Below, in pieces: positions 10,010 to 18,814 of a stretch of DNA of 64,000 nucleotides. This stretch comes from an uncultured Gammaproteobacteria bacterium. GTDB taxonomy: Bacteria; Patescibacteriota; Microgenomatia; CAZETR01; Amesbacteraceae. The stretch is from the NCBI GenBank assembly GCA_964543035.1, contig CAZIVL010000001.1:367736-431735 (forward strand). The letters run 5' to 3'. The notes beneath the pieces are model-generated. The model did not search any database. It was not told where the DNA came from and saw nothing but the letters and a program-made list of their open reading frames with translations. Position 1 is the stretch's first letter; each line of letters starts with the position of its first letter. The translations under genes and the position numbers were made by a program.

Positions 10010-10813
10010 TCAACGTGATAAATCAACCAAATACTTGGCAAAAATAGGAGCGACGGTCTGGTTTGCCACCCTGTTTGGGTGAGAGTCCCAGAAGGCAAAC
10101 CGTTCATACTCTGGTTTCAGAAAACCATTTTCATCCGACAGTAGTCCAAAAAAATCAAATACATATATATTTTTCTTTCCATCCAGAAATTCATCAGACT
10201 TAAGCCAGTCAACCAATTGCGTAGCTCTTTTTGCATTATCTACGTTTGTTGTAGATTTTCGAGCCGGCGGGGGAGTCAGAAGTACAAATTTTTTGTTTGG
10301 ATATTTTTTTAGGCTTTCTCGAATTGCTTTGTAGTACTCGATGTCTTGCTGCAGCTGCTCTTCTGAGACGATTCTGGTGGTCGGATAACAGTTTTTAAAA
10401 GCAATTACGTCATAAGACAGTATTGAAGCCAGTGTTATGTCGCTCGGTTCCCTGGAAAATATTTCTGCATATTCTCTAGGACTGTTGTTACTAAGAGAAA
10501 TTTTGTAATCGGTCCCCGTTATTTGTCCTTTGTCGTCAGTCAGCCCTCTCAGGTGTGTCAGTTTAGAGAGTACCCCGCCCAATATAGGAGAGAGGTTATA
10601 GTTATGATCCCAAAATTCTATCTTGGCATCGATCTTTCGGATCTCATCTCTCACGTTTCCCTCGCGAATCAGGTTTCCTCCGGTAGAGTGGTGAATAAAT
10701 AGTATTTTTGAGTCTGCTGAAAAGTTGGCCTTTACTTGATTTTTCATCATAAAACTAGCGAGTGGCATCAAGCATGCCAATGCCAACATTATCTTATACA
10801 ATTTTAACAACAT
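10010..10813 (-). CDS. Hypothetical protein, SGNH/GDSL-like
   Basis: FIHHSTG N-terminal motif, LLTPPP, FDFF, DSHPN (DxHP). Confidence 0.6.
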   Translation of the reverse strand: MLLKLYKIMLALACLMPLASFMMKNQVKANFSADSKILFIHHSTGGNLIREGNVRDEIRKIDAKIEFWDHNYNLSPILGGVLSKLTHLRGLTDDKGQITGTDYKISLSNNSPREYAEIFSREPSDITLASILSYDVIAFKNCYPTTRIVSEEQLQQDIEYYKAIRESLKKYPNKKFVLLTPPPARKSTTNVDNAKRATQLVDWLKSDEFLDGKKNIYVFDFFGLLSDENGFLKPEYERFAFWDSHPNRVANQTVAPIFAKYLVDLSR

Positions 10814-11264
10814 TAAAAAGTTGCCGAATAAGGTAAATCAGTCCCAAAAAAGTGAACAATTGGTTCAAAACTATGTTTACATAAGGGTTTGAGATGAGTT
10901 TATATGGATGATCGACTTTGATGTTCAGTCTCTTGTTGTTAAGTAGCGGCAAGCCTTGGGAAAAGATATCTACTAGGTTTGCAGCTATCATGCACGCCCA
11001 GCCATACCACCCTACATTATTTTGGATAGCCAGATACAGCACAAAACCTGTGATTAACACTCCAAAAGAGGTCATAAAAGCCAGAGTTACTTTGTCACGG
11101 CGAGACGCAAGAGGGGACTGAAACATGATCTTCATTTCTTGGGTAGGATGAGGAAACAAGTCTAGTACAAAGTGAGATAAAAAAGAGGCAGATATTCCCA
11201 AAACAGGGTTACTGGTCATCTGTGATATGACCAGACCAGCAATCACATGATTTTGAATCATCAT
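10794..11264 (-). CDS. Membrane protein, putative metal-dependent hydrolase-like
   Basis: H near N-terminus, SHFVLDLFPH, several TM segments. Confidence 0.6.
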   Translation of the reverse strand: MMIQNHVIAGLVISQMTSNPVLGISASFLSHFVLDLFPHPTQEMKIMFQSPLASRRDKVTLAFMTSFGVLITGFVLYLAIQNNVGWYGWACMIAANLVDIFSQGLPLLNNKRLNIKVDHPYKLISNPYVNIVLNQLFTFLGLIYLIRQLFNVVKIV

Positions 11265-11337
11265 GGAGCGGGGTACGAGAATCGGACTCGCATCTCATCC
11301 TTGGGAAGGATGCATACTACCACTGTACTAACCCCGC
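11264..11337 (-). tRNA. tRNA-Gly(CCC), CCA encoded
   Basis: Reverse strand GCGGGGT...CATCC TTCCCAA GGATG...ACCCCGC TCCA. Confidence 0.95.
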
Positions 11338-11351
11338 AACGTAACACTATT

Positions 11352-11858
11352 TTACAACCTTCTGCACAATACTTTTAGTTTCAACCCGGGTTCGATAAGT
11401 CTGGGATTTGGGATCTCGTTGTTTGTCGCAATCTGTTGCCACTGAAACCCATCTCCACAAAACTGGACAGAGATATCCCACATCGTGTCACCTTTTTCTA
11501 CTGTGTATTCCACTGGTTTCTCCGGCTCCAGCTTTGGCAAAGTTATTTTCATACCTTTCACAAGCATAGAAGGATTGTTTCCTATTGTTTCTTTGTTTTG
11601 ATCATAGATCTTAGTCCAGGCATACCCATCGCCATATGCATCTTCAGCAATCTTCCAGAGACTGTCGCCAGCTTCGATAGTATATGCACCGTCTTGGACT
11701 TCTGTCGAAGTAGCAGAGATATTGTCTGAACTTGCCGTTTTATTTATGGACTTTATATAACCGCCTATGACGTAAGCGCTCAATATCAGGACCACAATCC
11801 CCAAAACAAACGTCATCTTGTCCTCATTTATACGAAAAATTCTCAAAACAGCTTCCAT
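11352..11858 (-). CDS. LysM peptidoglycan-binding membrane protein (2 LysM domains)
   Basis: TM followed by YTIEAGDSLWKIA..YG and YTVEKGDTMWDIS; start uncertain. Confidence 0.9.
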   Translation of the reverse strand: MEAVLRIFRINEDKMTFVLGIVVLILSAYVIGGYIKSINKTASSDNISATSTEVQDGAYTIEAGDSLWKIAEDAYGDGYAWTKIYDQNKETIGNNPSMLVKGMKITLPKLEPEKPVEYTVEKGDTMWDISVQFCGDGFQWQQIATNNEIPNPRLIEPGLKLKVLCRRL

Positions 11859-11965
11859 ACTTGCATGTGCAAAATTTGACCTCAATATATTACCCTCTTG
11901 TCAAAAAAGCAATACATCGTGACATACACTCTCCGATTTGAGATAATAGTAAGTGGAACACCCGT

Positions 11966-12039
11966 GGGGTCGTAGCGCAGTTGGTTAGCGCGGCTCCCTG
12001 TCAAGGAGCAGGTCGCGGGTTCGAGTCCCGTCGGCCCCG
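11966..12039 (+). tRNA. tRNA-Asp(GTC)
   Basis: GGGGTCG/CGGCCCC acceptor stem, GCTCC CTGTCAA GGAGC anticodon arm, GGTTCGAGTCC. Confidence 0.95.
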
Positions 12040-12042
12040 CAA

Positions 12043-12798
12043 ATGCCTGAAATTCTTCTCTCAAATATGGCCTTGTGGCCACTAGCTGGTCTACCACTGG
12101 AATACACAGGCTTAATAGCAAGAAGTCTGGGTTATGATGGGGTCGAACACATTCCCACAAAGGTCGGAAGACGACAGCTGGCAGACGGAAAAATCGGACC
12201 AGTTGCAAGAATAAAAGCGGCCCATGTCAGCTGGAGGTCAGAACCTTACGGCGAAAGTGGTCGTAAAAAGGTCTTGGAGTATCGGAAAACCCACGGACTT
12301 CAAAAAACAGTTGCTGGACTAATAACAATTGCTACTTTGCCACTGGCAGAAGAATCAGAAGAGTATTTGACCAGGTTACAAACTATCCTAGGTAATAAAC
12401 TACCAGTGATTTTATATTCAGACAAACTGGCTGACAAACACCCGAGTCAGATGCCATTCAAGGAAAAATCTGTTCAAATCACAACAGCAGCACTAGGCCA
12501 TCTTGGTGCGACCTCACTTCCGCATCTAGTAGATATACTACACGGATTGGATGTTCATCCCTGTTATGACACAGTACACAGCCATGACTTACAGGATCCA
12601 ATCAAAGCCTTTGTTCAAACTAATTCTCGAGAAGTTCATATTGGCGTAGATAGAATTGATACCCAGGAAGATCATGGTGACACTTCCGAATTAGAAGACT
12701 ATTTACTAGCCGAAAGATTTGTGGTCGAATCGGCAATTCCCAACTTCGCCAAACTAGCCAGGGTTGCGGCCTCGTTAAAAAATTCATTGCGCTCATGA
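12043..12798 (+). CDS. Hypothetical protein, possibly sugar-phosphate isomerase/epimerase-like TIM barrel
   Basis: GYDGVE, YDTVH, EVHI motifs; weak. Confidence 0.55.
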   Translation: MPEILLSNMALWPLAGLPLEYTGLIARSLGYDGVEHIPTKVGRRQLADGKIGPVARIKAAHVSWRSEPYGESGRKKVLEYRKTHGLQKTVAGLITIATLPLAEESEEYLTRLQTILGNKLPVILYSDKLADKHPSQMPFKEKSVQITTAALGHLGATSLPHLVDILHGLDVHPCYDTVHSHDLQDPIKAFVQTNSREVHIGVDRIDTQEDHGDTSELEDYLLAERFVVESAIPNFAKLARVAASLKNSLRS

Positions 12799-13361
12799 AA
12801 AGAGTAATAATAATCGCAGGTCTCATGGGCAGTCCAAACGGCAATTGGAAGCCCTGGCTCATGGCAGAACTTGAGAAAAAGCAGATCCTGGCCGCCTCAG
12901 TCTACATGCCCGAGTTTGACAATCCTACTCCAGAAGGCTGGTCAGCCGAGCTTACACACCAAATAAATCTCAATCCTGAAGACGAAATATATCTAGTTGG
13001 CCACAGTCTGGGAGGTACGACGATCCTTCATTATCTCCAGTCTCAAAACGCCAAGCCTGTTTCCGGGGCTATTTTTGTGGGTAGTCCGTGTGGAGTCGTA
13101 AAAAATAACCGGATTGACAATTTTTTTACCAAGTCATTTGACTTTCAAAAAATCAGATCAAATTGCCATCAGTTCAGTGTCATCCACAGCGACAATGACC
13201 CATACGTCCCCGAAGAGCACGCTCATATATTGGCAAAGGAATTATCAGCTGACCTGACCATCGTCCCCAGAGCTGGTCACTTCAATACAGCCAGCGGCAG
13301 CTTCACCCTTCCAAAATGCCTAGATAGTTTAATGAAGATGACAACCCGATTAACTGAATGA
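12795..13361 (+). CDS. RBBP9/YdeN family alpha/beta hydrolase
   Basis: GHSLGG, SDNDPYV, AGHFN. Confidence 0.9.
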   Translation: MKRVIIIAGLMGSPNGNWKPWLMAELEKKQILAASVYMPEFDNPTPEGWSAELTHQINLNPEDEIYLVGHSLGGTTILHYLQSQNAKPVSGAIFVGSPCGVVKNNRIDNFFTKSFDFQKIRSNCHQFSVIHSDNDPYVPEEHAHILAKELSADLTIVPRAGHFNTASGSFTLPKCLDSLMKMTTRLTE

Positions 13362-13774
13362 ACAAAGAATATGCCTCTATCCGTGTCCTAGTGGTCCAAG
13401 ACGGCAAGGTCCTCGTCATCCATCGCCTAAATCATGGTGAGGAATACTGGGTTTTTCCTGGAGGTCATGTAGAAGAAGGGGAGTCGGCAGAAACTGCCGC
13501 CAGGAGAGAAATTCTCGAAGAAACAAGTCTAAGAGTCACCGAAATCTTACAAATCATTCCCTATCAACACCCCAAAAACAATGAGCTTCAAGCGGTAGTT
13601 GTGGCTCAAGTTGAACCAGGCACGCCCAGACTTGGCAATGGTAATGAGGTATTTACACCAGAGGACCAATACACACCCCAGTGGTTAGATCTGAAGACTG
13701 CATTGACGCTTACTAATATTCTTCCCTCCCCAGCCGCCAAAATCTTTCACGATCTTTTTGCTAAACTATCTTAA
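13358..13774 (+). CDS. NUDIX hydrolase
   Basis: Nudix box GGHVEEGESAETAARREILEETS. Confidence 0.9.
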   Translation: MNKEYASIRVLVVQDGKVLVIHRLNHGEEYWVFPGGHVEEGESAETAARREILEETSLRVTEILQIIPYQHPKNNELQAVVVAQVEPGTPRLGNGNEVFTPEDQYTPQWLDLKTALTLTNILPSPAAKIFHDLFAKLS

Positions 13775-14079
13775 TGCATCGGGGAATCAAAAAAGCTAGA
13801 CTCGACAAGGACAAAAATGGCGTAGACGACAGGCTGGATCTGATTACAAATATCTGTGCCGTCATTCTTCCCTTTACGACCCTAGATCAACTCTATTTGA
13901 TCTATGTCCAAAAGAAAACTGAGGGTGTATCTGCCACCACCTGGCTCCTTTATGGCATACTCAGTATCCCCTTGTTCGTATACTCTCTAAAGCGCAAAGA
14001 CAAGCCAATGATAGTTTTGAATGGGCTGTGGGTAATAATTGACCTTTCAGTCTGGATGGGTGTACTTTTGTACCGATGA
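13774..14079 (+). CDS. PQ-loop/SemiSWEET-like small membrane protein
   Basis: 3 TM; 'DQLYLIY..K..EGVSA.TW'. Confidence 0.65.
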   Translation: MHRGIKKARLDKDKNGVDDRLDLITNICAVILPFTTLDQLYLIYVQKKTEGVSATTWLLYGILSIPLFVYSLKRKDKPMIVLNGLWVIIDLSVWMGVLLYR

Positions 14080-15866
14080 AAACTAGTCGCAGCATGTCCA
14101 ATCTAGAGATCGCAAAGCTGTTGCGGTCAGTCTCAGCCGCTCTCGTCCTCTCAAATGCCAATAGATTTAGAGTTATTGCCTATGACAAAGCGGCCGACGC
14201 CATCGAGCACGCCAGCTCGGAGGTCAAAGATCTCTGGGACGACGGAAAGCTCAAGGATTTGGCAGGAGTTGGTGAAGGAATTGCTAGCTCTTTGGACGAA
14301 TTATTTTCGACTGGTCACATCAAGCATTTTGAAGAAATACTTGCTCCATTTCCAGAATCCGTCTTTGAGCTCATGGAAGTTCCGGGTATCGGTCCAAAAA
14401 ATGCTCTCAAATTTTCCAAAGCCTTTGGTATCACTCATGCCCACTCAGCCGTAAGTAAGCTCGAAAAAGCCGCCAAAAAAGGCGAGATTGCCAAGCTGGA
14501 AGGGTTTGGAGAGGACTCCCAGACCAGAATACTCCAGGGCATCACCGAATTATCTGGCCGGTCAAAGCGAATATTGTTGGACCAAGCCCATACTATCGCC
14601 GATTCGCTAATCGCCTACATGCAAAAAAATCCCCATGTCAAAAAAATTGATTATTTGGGCTCACTTAGGAGGCAAGCCAGCACCGTGGGAGATCTTGATT
14701 TCTCAGTCGCCACCGAACATCCAAAAGAAGTCATAGACCATTTCTGCAAGTATCCTCACAAATCTCGAGTTTTGGAAGCAGGAGAAAAGTCCGCCTCTCT
14801 AATACTTCCTGGGGATCATCAAGCCGATCTTATGGTCCAGCCTCCTGAAGCCTACGGATCACTCCTGCAGCACTTTACCGGATCCAAACATCACAATATT
14901 GCTCTGCGCGAGCTAGCTCTAAAAAAAGGTTTTTCTTTATCCGAGCACGGAATACGTCCACTAGGTCATGACGAGTCTGTAAAACCATACGACGATCCCA
15001 AATTGATAAAAATTCCGACCGAAGAAAAATTCTACAAATTCTTAGGACTCGACTGGATCCCGCCCGAGCTTCGGGAAGGCCGGGGTGAGATTGATGCTGC
15101 CAAAGCTCACACTCTCCCAAGATTGATCGAAGTAGGGGATATAAAAGGGGATCTCCAGCTCCATTGCAACTTCCCCATCGAGCCTAGTCACGATTTGGGA
15201 CAAGACCCGCCGGAAGAAATGGCCAAAATCGCCAAAACTCTAGGTTATGAATACATCGGACTGACCGATCACAATCCAAGCCTAGCCGGTCATACTGAAA
15301 AGCAGATTATTGATTTAGTAAAAAAGCGCTCAGAGGCCATCAGAAGCACCAAAGCCGGTGTCCACATCTTTGTCGGTCTCGAGATCGATATCCAGCCAGA
15401 TGGCAAATTGGCCCTTCCCGAGGCTGCTCTCGAGTATCTGGATTATGCTTGTGTATCCATACACAGCAGTTTCCGTCAGACCAGAGACCAGGCCACCACC
15501 CGTGTTCTTCGCGCTCTCGAGCACCCCAAAGTCAGGTTTCTTGCCCACCCGACCGGAAGACTATTGGGAGAGCGTGAAGGCGTAGAACTCGATTGGGATC
15601 AGATTTTTGATTTTTGTCTCAAGCATAATAAGTGGCTGGAGATCGATGGCTGGCCAAACCGTCTCGATCTTCCAGACGTGATTGCTCACGATGCGATCAA
15701 ACGAGGTATCAAACTAGTCGTAGACACGGACTCGCATGCAGCCGCTCAACTCCCCTTTATGAAATATGGCGTCTCAGTCGCCCGCCGTGCCTGGGCCACC
15801 CAAAAAGACATTATCAATACAAAGTCACTTCGAGAAATTCTCCCTCTTTTGTCATCCCGAGCGTAG
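14076..15866 (+). CDS. polX: DNA polymerase X with PHP domain
   Basis: HhH motifs, GSLRR, GDLD, HFTGSK, IPPELRE; PHP motifs TDH, AHPTGR, DSH. Confidence 0.95.
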   Translation: MKTSRSMSNLEIAKLLRSVSAALVLSNANRFRVIAYDKAADAIEHASSEVKDLWDDGKLKDLAGVGEGIASSLDELFSTGHIKHFEEILAPFPESVFELMEVPGIGPKNALKFSKAFGITHAHSAVSKLEKAAKKGEIAKLEGFGEDSQTRILQGITELSGRSKRILLDQAHTIADSLIAYMQKNPHVKKIDYLGSLRRQASTVGDLDFSVATEHPKEVIDHFCKYPHKSRVLEAGEKSASLILPGDHQADLMVQPPEAYGSLLQHFTGSKHHNIALRELALKKGFSLSEHGIRPLGHDESVKPYDDPKLIKIPTEEKFYKFLGLDWIPPELREGRGEIDAAKAHTLPRLIEVGDIKGDLQLHCNFPIEPSHDLGQDPPEEMAKIAKTLGYEYIGLTDHNPSLAGHTEKQIIDLVKKRSEAIRSTKAGVHIFVGLEIDIQPDGKLALPEAALEYLDYACVSIHSSFRQTRDQATTRVLRALEHPKVRFLAHPTGRLLGEREGVELDWDQIFDFCLKHNKWLEIDGWPNRLDLPDVIAHDAIKRGIKLVVDTDSHAAAQLPFMKYGVSVARRAWATQKDIINTKSLREILPLLSSRA

Positions 15867-15909
15867 CCGAGGGATCCCTCCATTCCACTTCGTTCCAGTC
15901 GGGATGACA
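15850..15909. repeat. Palindromic REP-like element, full copy, between convergent polX and aminopeptidase
   Basis: Perfect 11-bp inverted repeat TGTCATCCCGA...TCGGGATGACA; contains the polX stop codon. Confidence 0.85.
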
Positions 15910-17115
15910 TTACAACAAGAAAACGCCATCCTTGTATATTACTTTTTCACTTCCATCAGAAAGGATGGCCGTCACAGTCCTCTTGGTCGTACTGATCATA
16001 TCTGTGTGTACGCTCGAATCATTAAATCCCATTTCTTTCCATTGAGCAGGTTTAATTTTTGATGGATCACCATCGTAACTGTCTTGATATGCACTCCCCA
16101 GAGCAATGTGGGTATTTCCAAAAGGTCCTGAAATATTTTCATCAAATAGGGTTTCCGCCATAAATCGGTCTATTCTGGATAATCTCTTGTCAGTCAAAGA
16201 AAATTCCCCGATCTTGTCAGCATCTTTGGTGTCTATCATGGCTTTCAGCACGTCATAATTTTTATTAGCACTTGATTTGACGACTCGGCCATCTTTAAAT
16301 TCCAATCTTATCCCTTCAATCAGTGACCCATATCTATACAACGGCTGGTTAAATTCGATATATCCTTCCGTTCCTCGCCAGTCAGGACTGATAAATACCT
16401 CAAAAGAGGGGATATTTCGCCCCGATCCCCCCAGCCACTTTCTATGAGGACCAATTTTTATCTTCAGATCAACACCATCTCCCTCCACATGCAATTGAGA
16501 AACTGAGATACTGTTCAGCTTTGCTTTGATCTCATCATTTTTCTTTGTCACTTCTTTCCACTTGGCAATTGGGTCGGTTTCATCCAAAAAACAGGCTTTG
16601 ATTATCTGCTCCCAATACTCTGGGAGACTCATATTTGCTTCTTTTGCCATGGCCGGTGTACCAAAGAGAGCCAGAGTCCAGGTATATTTGCCATCATTTT
16701 CTTTCTTGTTTAGCCATTTTTTGATTGACCTGATTGCCTTTTGCCTTATCATAATTTTCTTCGGGTCCACTCCTTCAAGTTCGTGCAAATCAGTATCGGC
16801 AATGATCGTGATCGAGTGATCTATGGTGTCAGCCAGACCCTTGAGATATTTTTTGGGCTCAAATTTTAAGAATTCTTCATCAGCCAGCTCATATACCTCG
16901 CGCGACACATCATCAGGCAAATAGTTTGTAATATAGTGAGCCCTTGATCTAATCAATTGATTTCTGATTTCCACATATAGAGGTTTGGCGGCTTCATTTA
17001 TCGTAATCCGTACTACCTCACCAGGTCTTACGCCCTCGCCCGAGTTGAGGGCAAAGTTCACCAACACTTTCGCATACCGTTGCAAGATGACTTTACTTGG
17101 AGTAAAACTATTCAT
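15910..17115 (-). CDS. Aminopeptidase, peptidase M29 (AmpS/AmpT) family
   Basis: YAKVLV, NIPSFEVF, GEFSL, LFDEN, HIALGSAY, NDSSVHTD. Confidence 0.9.
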   Translation of the reverse strand: MNSFTPSKVILQRYAKVLVNFALNSGEGVRPGEVVRITINEAAKPLYVEIRNQLIRSRAHYITNYLPDDVSREVYELADEEFLKFEPKKYLKGLADTIDHSITIIADTDLHELEGVDPKKIMIRQKAIRSIKKWLNKKENDGKYTWTLALFGTPAMAKEANMSLPEYWEQIIKACFLDETDPIAKWKEVTKKNDEIKAKLNSISVSQLHVEGDGVDLKIKIGPHRKWLGGSGRNIPSFEVFISPDWRGTEGYIEFNQPLYRYGSLIEGIRLEFKDGRVVKSSANKNYDVLKAMIDTKDADKIGEFSLTDKRLSRIDRFMAETLFDENISGPFGNTHIALGSAYQDSYDGDPSKIKPAQWKEMGFNDSSVHTDMISTTKRTVTAILSDGSEKVIYKDGVFLL

Positions 17116-17673
17116 ATGGAATTGGTTTGGGTCATTATAGGTATAGGGGCAGTCGTAGTCTACTTCGTGATCGTCTACAACGATTTTGTTACTTCCAGAG
17201 CTCGCATTAGAGCTTCTATTCAAGAAATTGGCAATCAGCTCAAGCGTCAGACCGAGCTTCTGCCAAATTTGGAAACTTCAGCCAAGGCCTATCTCAAGCA
17301 CGAAAAAGATATCTTAAAGATGCTCTCAGATGCCAGGAAGATGACCGCCGCGGGTGAGGACGCATCTGAAAAGATCGCTCAGGTTCTGCCCAAGATCCAA
17401 GTAGTCGTGGAGAGCAATCCCGAGCTCAAGGGTGTAGATGTGATCACCAAGCTCATGGACGAGCTCAGGGACACTTCAGACAAGGTTATGTACAGTAGAA
17501 GGACTCTCATCGATCTCTCGGCCGACTACAATATCAAGCTGGCAACTTTCCCCACCAATCTTGTCGCCAAAGTCTTTGGCTTTACCCCCGAAAAGGGCTT
17601 AGATACTCCCACCTCAGGTGCTCATCTCACCGTTTCTGAATCAGACACTCACACTCCCAAGATTTCCCTGTAA
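17116..17673 (+). CDS. lemA: LemA family protein
   Basis: N-terminal TM, YN...QLKR..LLPNL, ESNPELK, YN...FPTNLVA..FGF. Confidence 0.9.
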   Translation: MELVWVIIGIGAVVVYFVIVYNDFVTSRARIRASIQEIGNQLKRQTELLPNLETSAKAYLKHEKDILKMLSDARKMTAAGEDASEKIAQVLPKIQVVVESNPELKGVDVITKLMDELRDTSDKVMYSRRTLIDLSADYNIKLATFPTNLVAKVFGFTPEKGLDTPTSGAHLTVSESDTHTPKISL

Positions 17674-17676
17674 TTC

Positions 17677-18603
17677 ATGCAAAACGTCTTTGAATCGGTC
17701 GAGGCAAACAAGCGCAAAAGCTGGCTAGTCATGATCCTCTTTACCTCTTTTGTCCTCGTATCCTCGTATTTTATCTCCCGGGGCCTGGCCTACTACTACG
17801 GCTACGAATCAACAGGTCTTGAGCTTACGGGCATGGCCTTTATTATCTCGGGGGCTATGAGCTTTGCCTCCTACTATTGGTCAGACAAGATAGTTTTAGG
17901 ACTCTCGGGCGCCAGGCCAGCGGATCGCAAAAAGGATTTTCATTTTTATACCGTGGCCGAAAATCTGAGTTTGGCAGCAGGGATCCCAGTGCCCAAGCTC
18001 TACGTGATCGAGGACACGGCTCTCAACGCCTTTGCCACCGGCCGGGATCCGGCTCATGCGGCAGTCTGTGCCACTACTGGACTTCTGTCTACCCTAAGTC
18101 GCACCGAGCTCGAAGGCGTAGTGGGCCACGAGCTATCCCATGTGGCAAATTATGACACCCGCCTCATGTCCATAGTCACTATCCTAGTTGGCCTCATCAC
18201 GCTCCTAGGAGACTGGTTTTTTAGAGCTACCTATTTTGGCGGCCGAGGGAGAGACCGAGAGGACAAAGGGTCCGGAGCCATATTATTGGTTATTGGCATC
18301 GTATTTGCCATGTTGTCCCCCATCATTGCCCAGCTGATTCAGCTGGCCATCAGTAGAAGAAGGGAGTACCTGGCCGATGCCACCTCAGTCCGCCTCACTC
18401 GCCAGCCCAGTGGTCTGATATCTGCTCTCAAAAAGCTGGGGGCCGACCGCGAGCCTCTGGAAGCAGCAAATAAAGCCACCGCTCATCTGTACATCACAAA
18501 TCCTCTCAAAAATCACCATGATGCTGTAGGCTGGTTTGCCAACCTCTTCAACACTCATCCCCCTCTAGAAGACCGCATCAAGACCCTGGAACAGATGGTT
18601 TAG
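17677..18603 (+). CDS. htpX: HtpX-like M48 zinc protease
   Basis: NAFATGR, HELSH, SRRREYLAD, THPP; follows lemA. Confidence 0.9.
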   Translation: MQNVFESVEANKRKSWLVMILFTSFVLVSSYFISRGLAYYYGYESTGLELTGMAFIISGAMSFASYYWSDKIVLGLSGARPADRKKDFHFYTVAENLSLAAGIPVPKLYVIEDTALNAFATGRDPAHAAVCATTGLLSTLSRTELEGVVGHELSHVANYDTRLMSIVTILVGLITLLGDWFFRATYFGGRGRDREDKGSGAILLVIGIVFAMLSPIIAQLIQLAISRRREYLADATSVRLTRQPSGLISALKKLGADREPLEAANKATAHLYITNPLKNHHDAVGWFANLFNTHPPLEDRIKTLEQMV

Positions 18604-18760
18604 TTTTCACGACTTATTACCACGAAAATTAGTCTCAAAACAAATAGGATATTTATATTTCTAAAATCTGCTATTTTCATAACAACTTATAGTCAACCTC
18701 TTAAAAAAATATAACTTTCTTGTCAGAAGCTTCAATAGGTTAATGACCCAGTTTGATATC

Positions 18761-18812
18761 TTGACACCACACCCTCTTTTTTCTATTATCACTCTCACTA
18801 ACTGACTGCCAA
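18761..18812 (+). promoter_or_regulatory. Sigma70 promoter with overlapping CIRCE (HrcA operator) upstream of clpB
   Basis: TTGACA(18761)-17bp-TATTAT(18784); TTATCACTC-N9-GACTGCCAA at 18786-18812 versus consensus TTAGCACTC-N9-GAGTGCTAA. Confidence 0.8.
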
Positions 18813-18814
18813 AT

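Noticed and set aside
17080-17223. Long N-terminal extensions of the aminopeptidase and LemA
   Set aside because: They mutually overlap; family-like sequence starts at 17115 and 17116.
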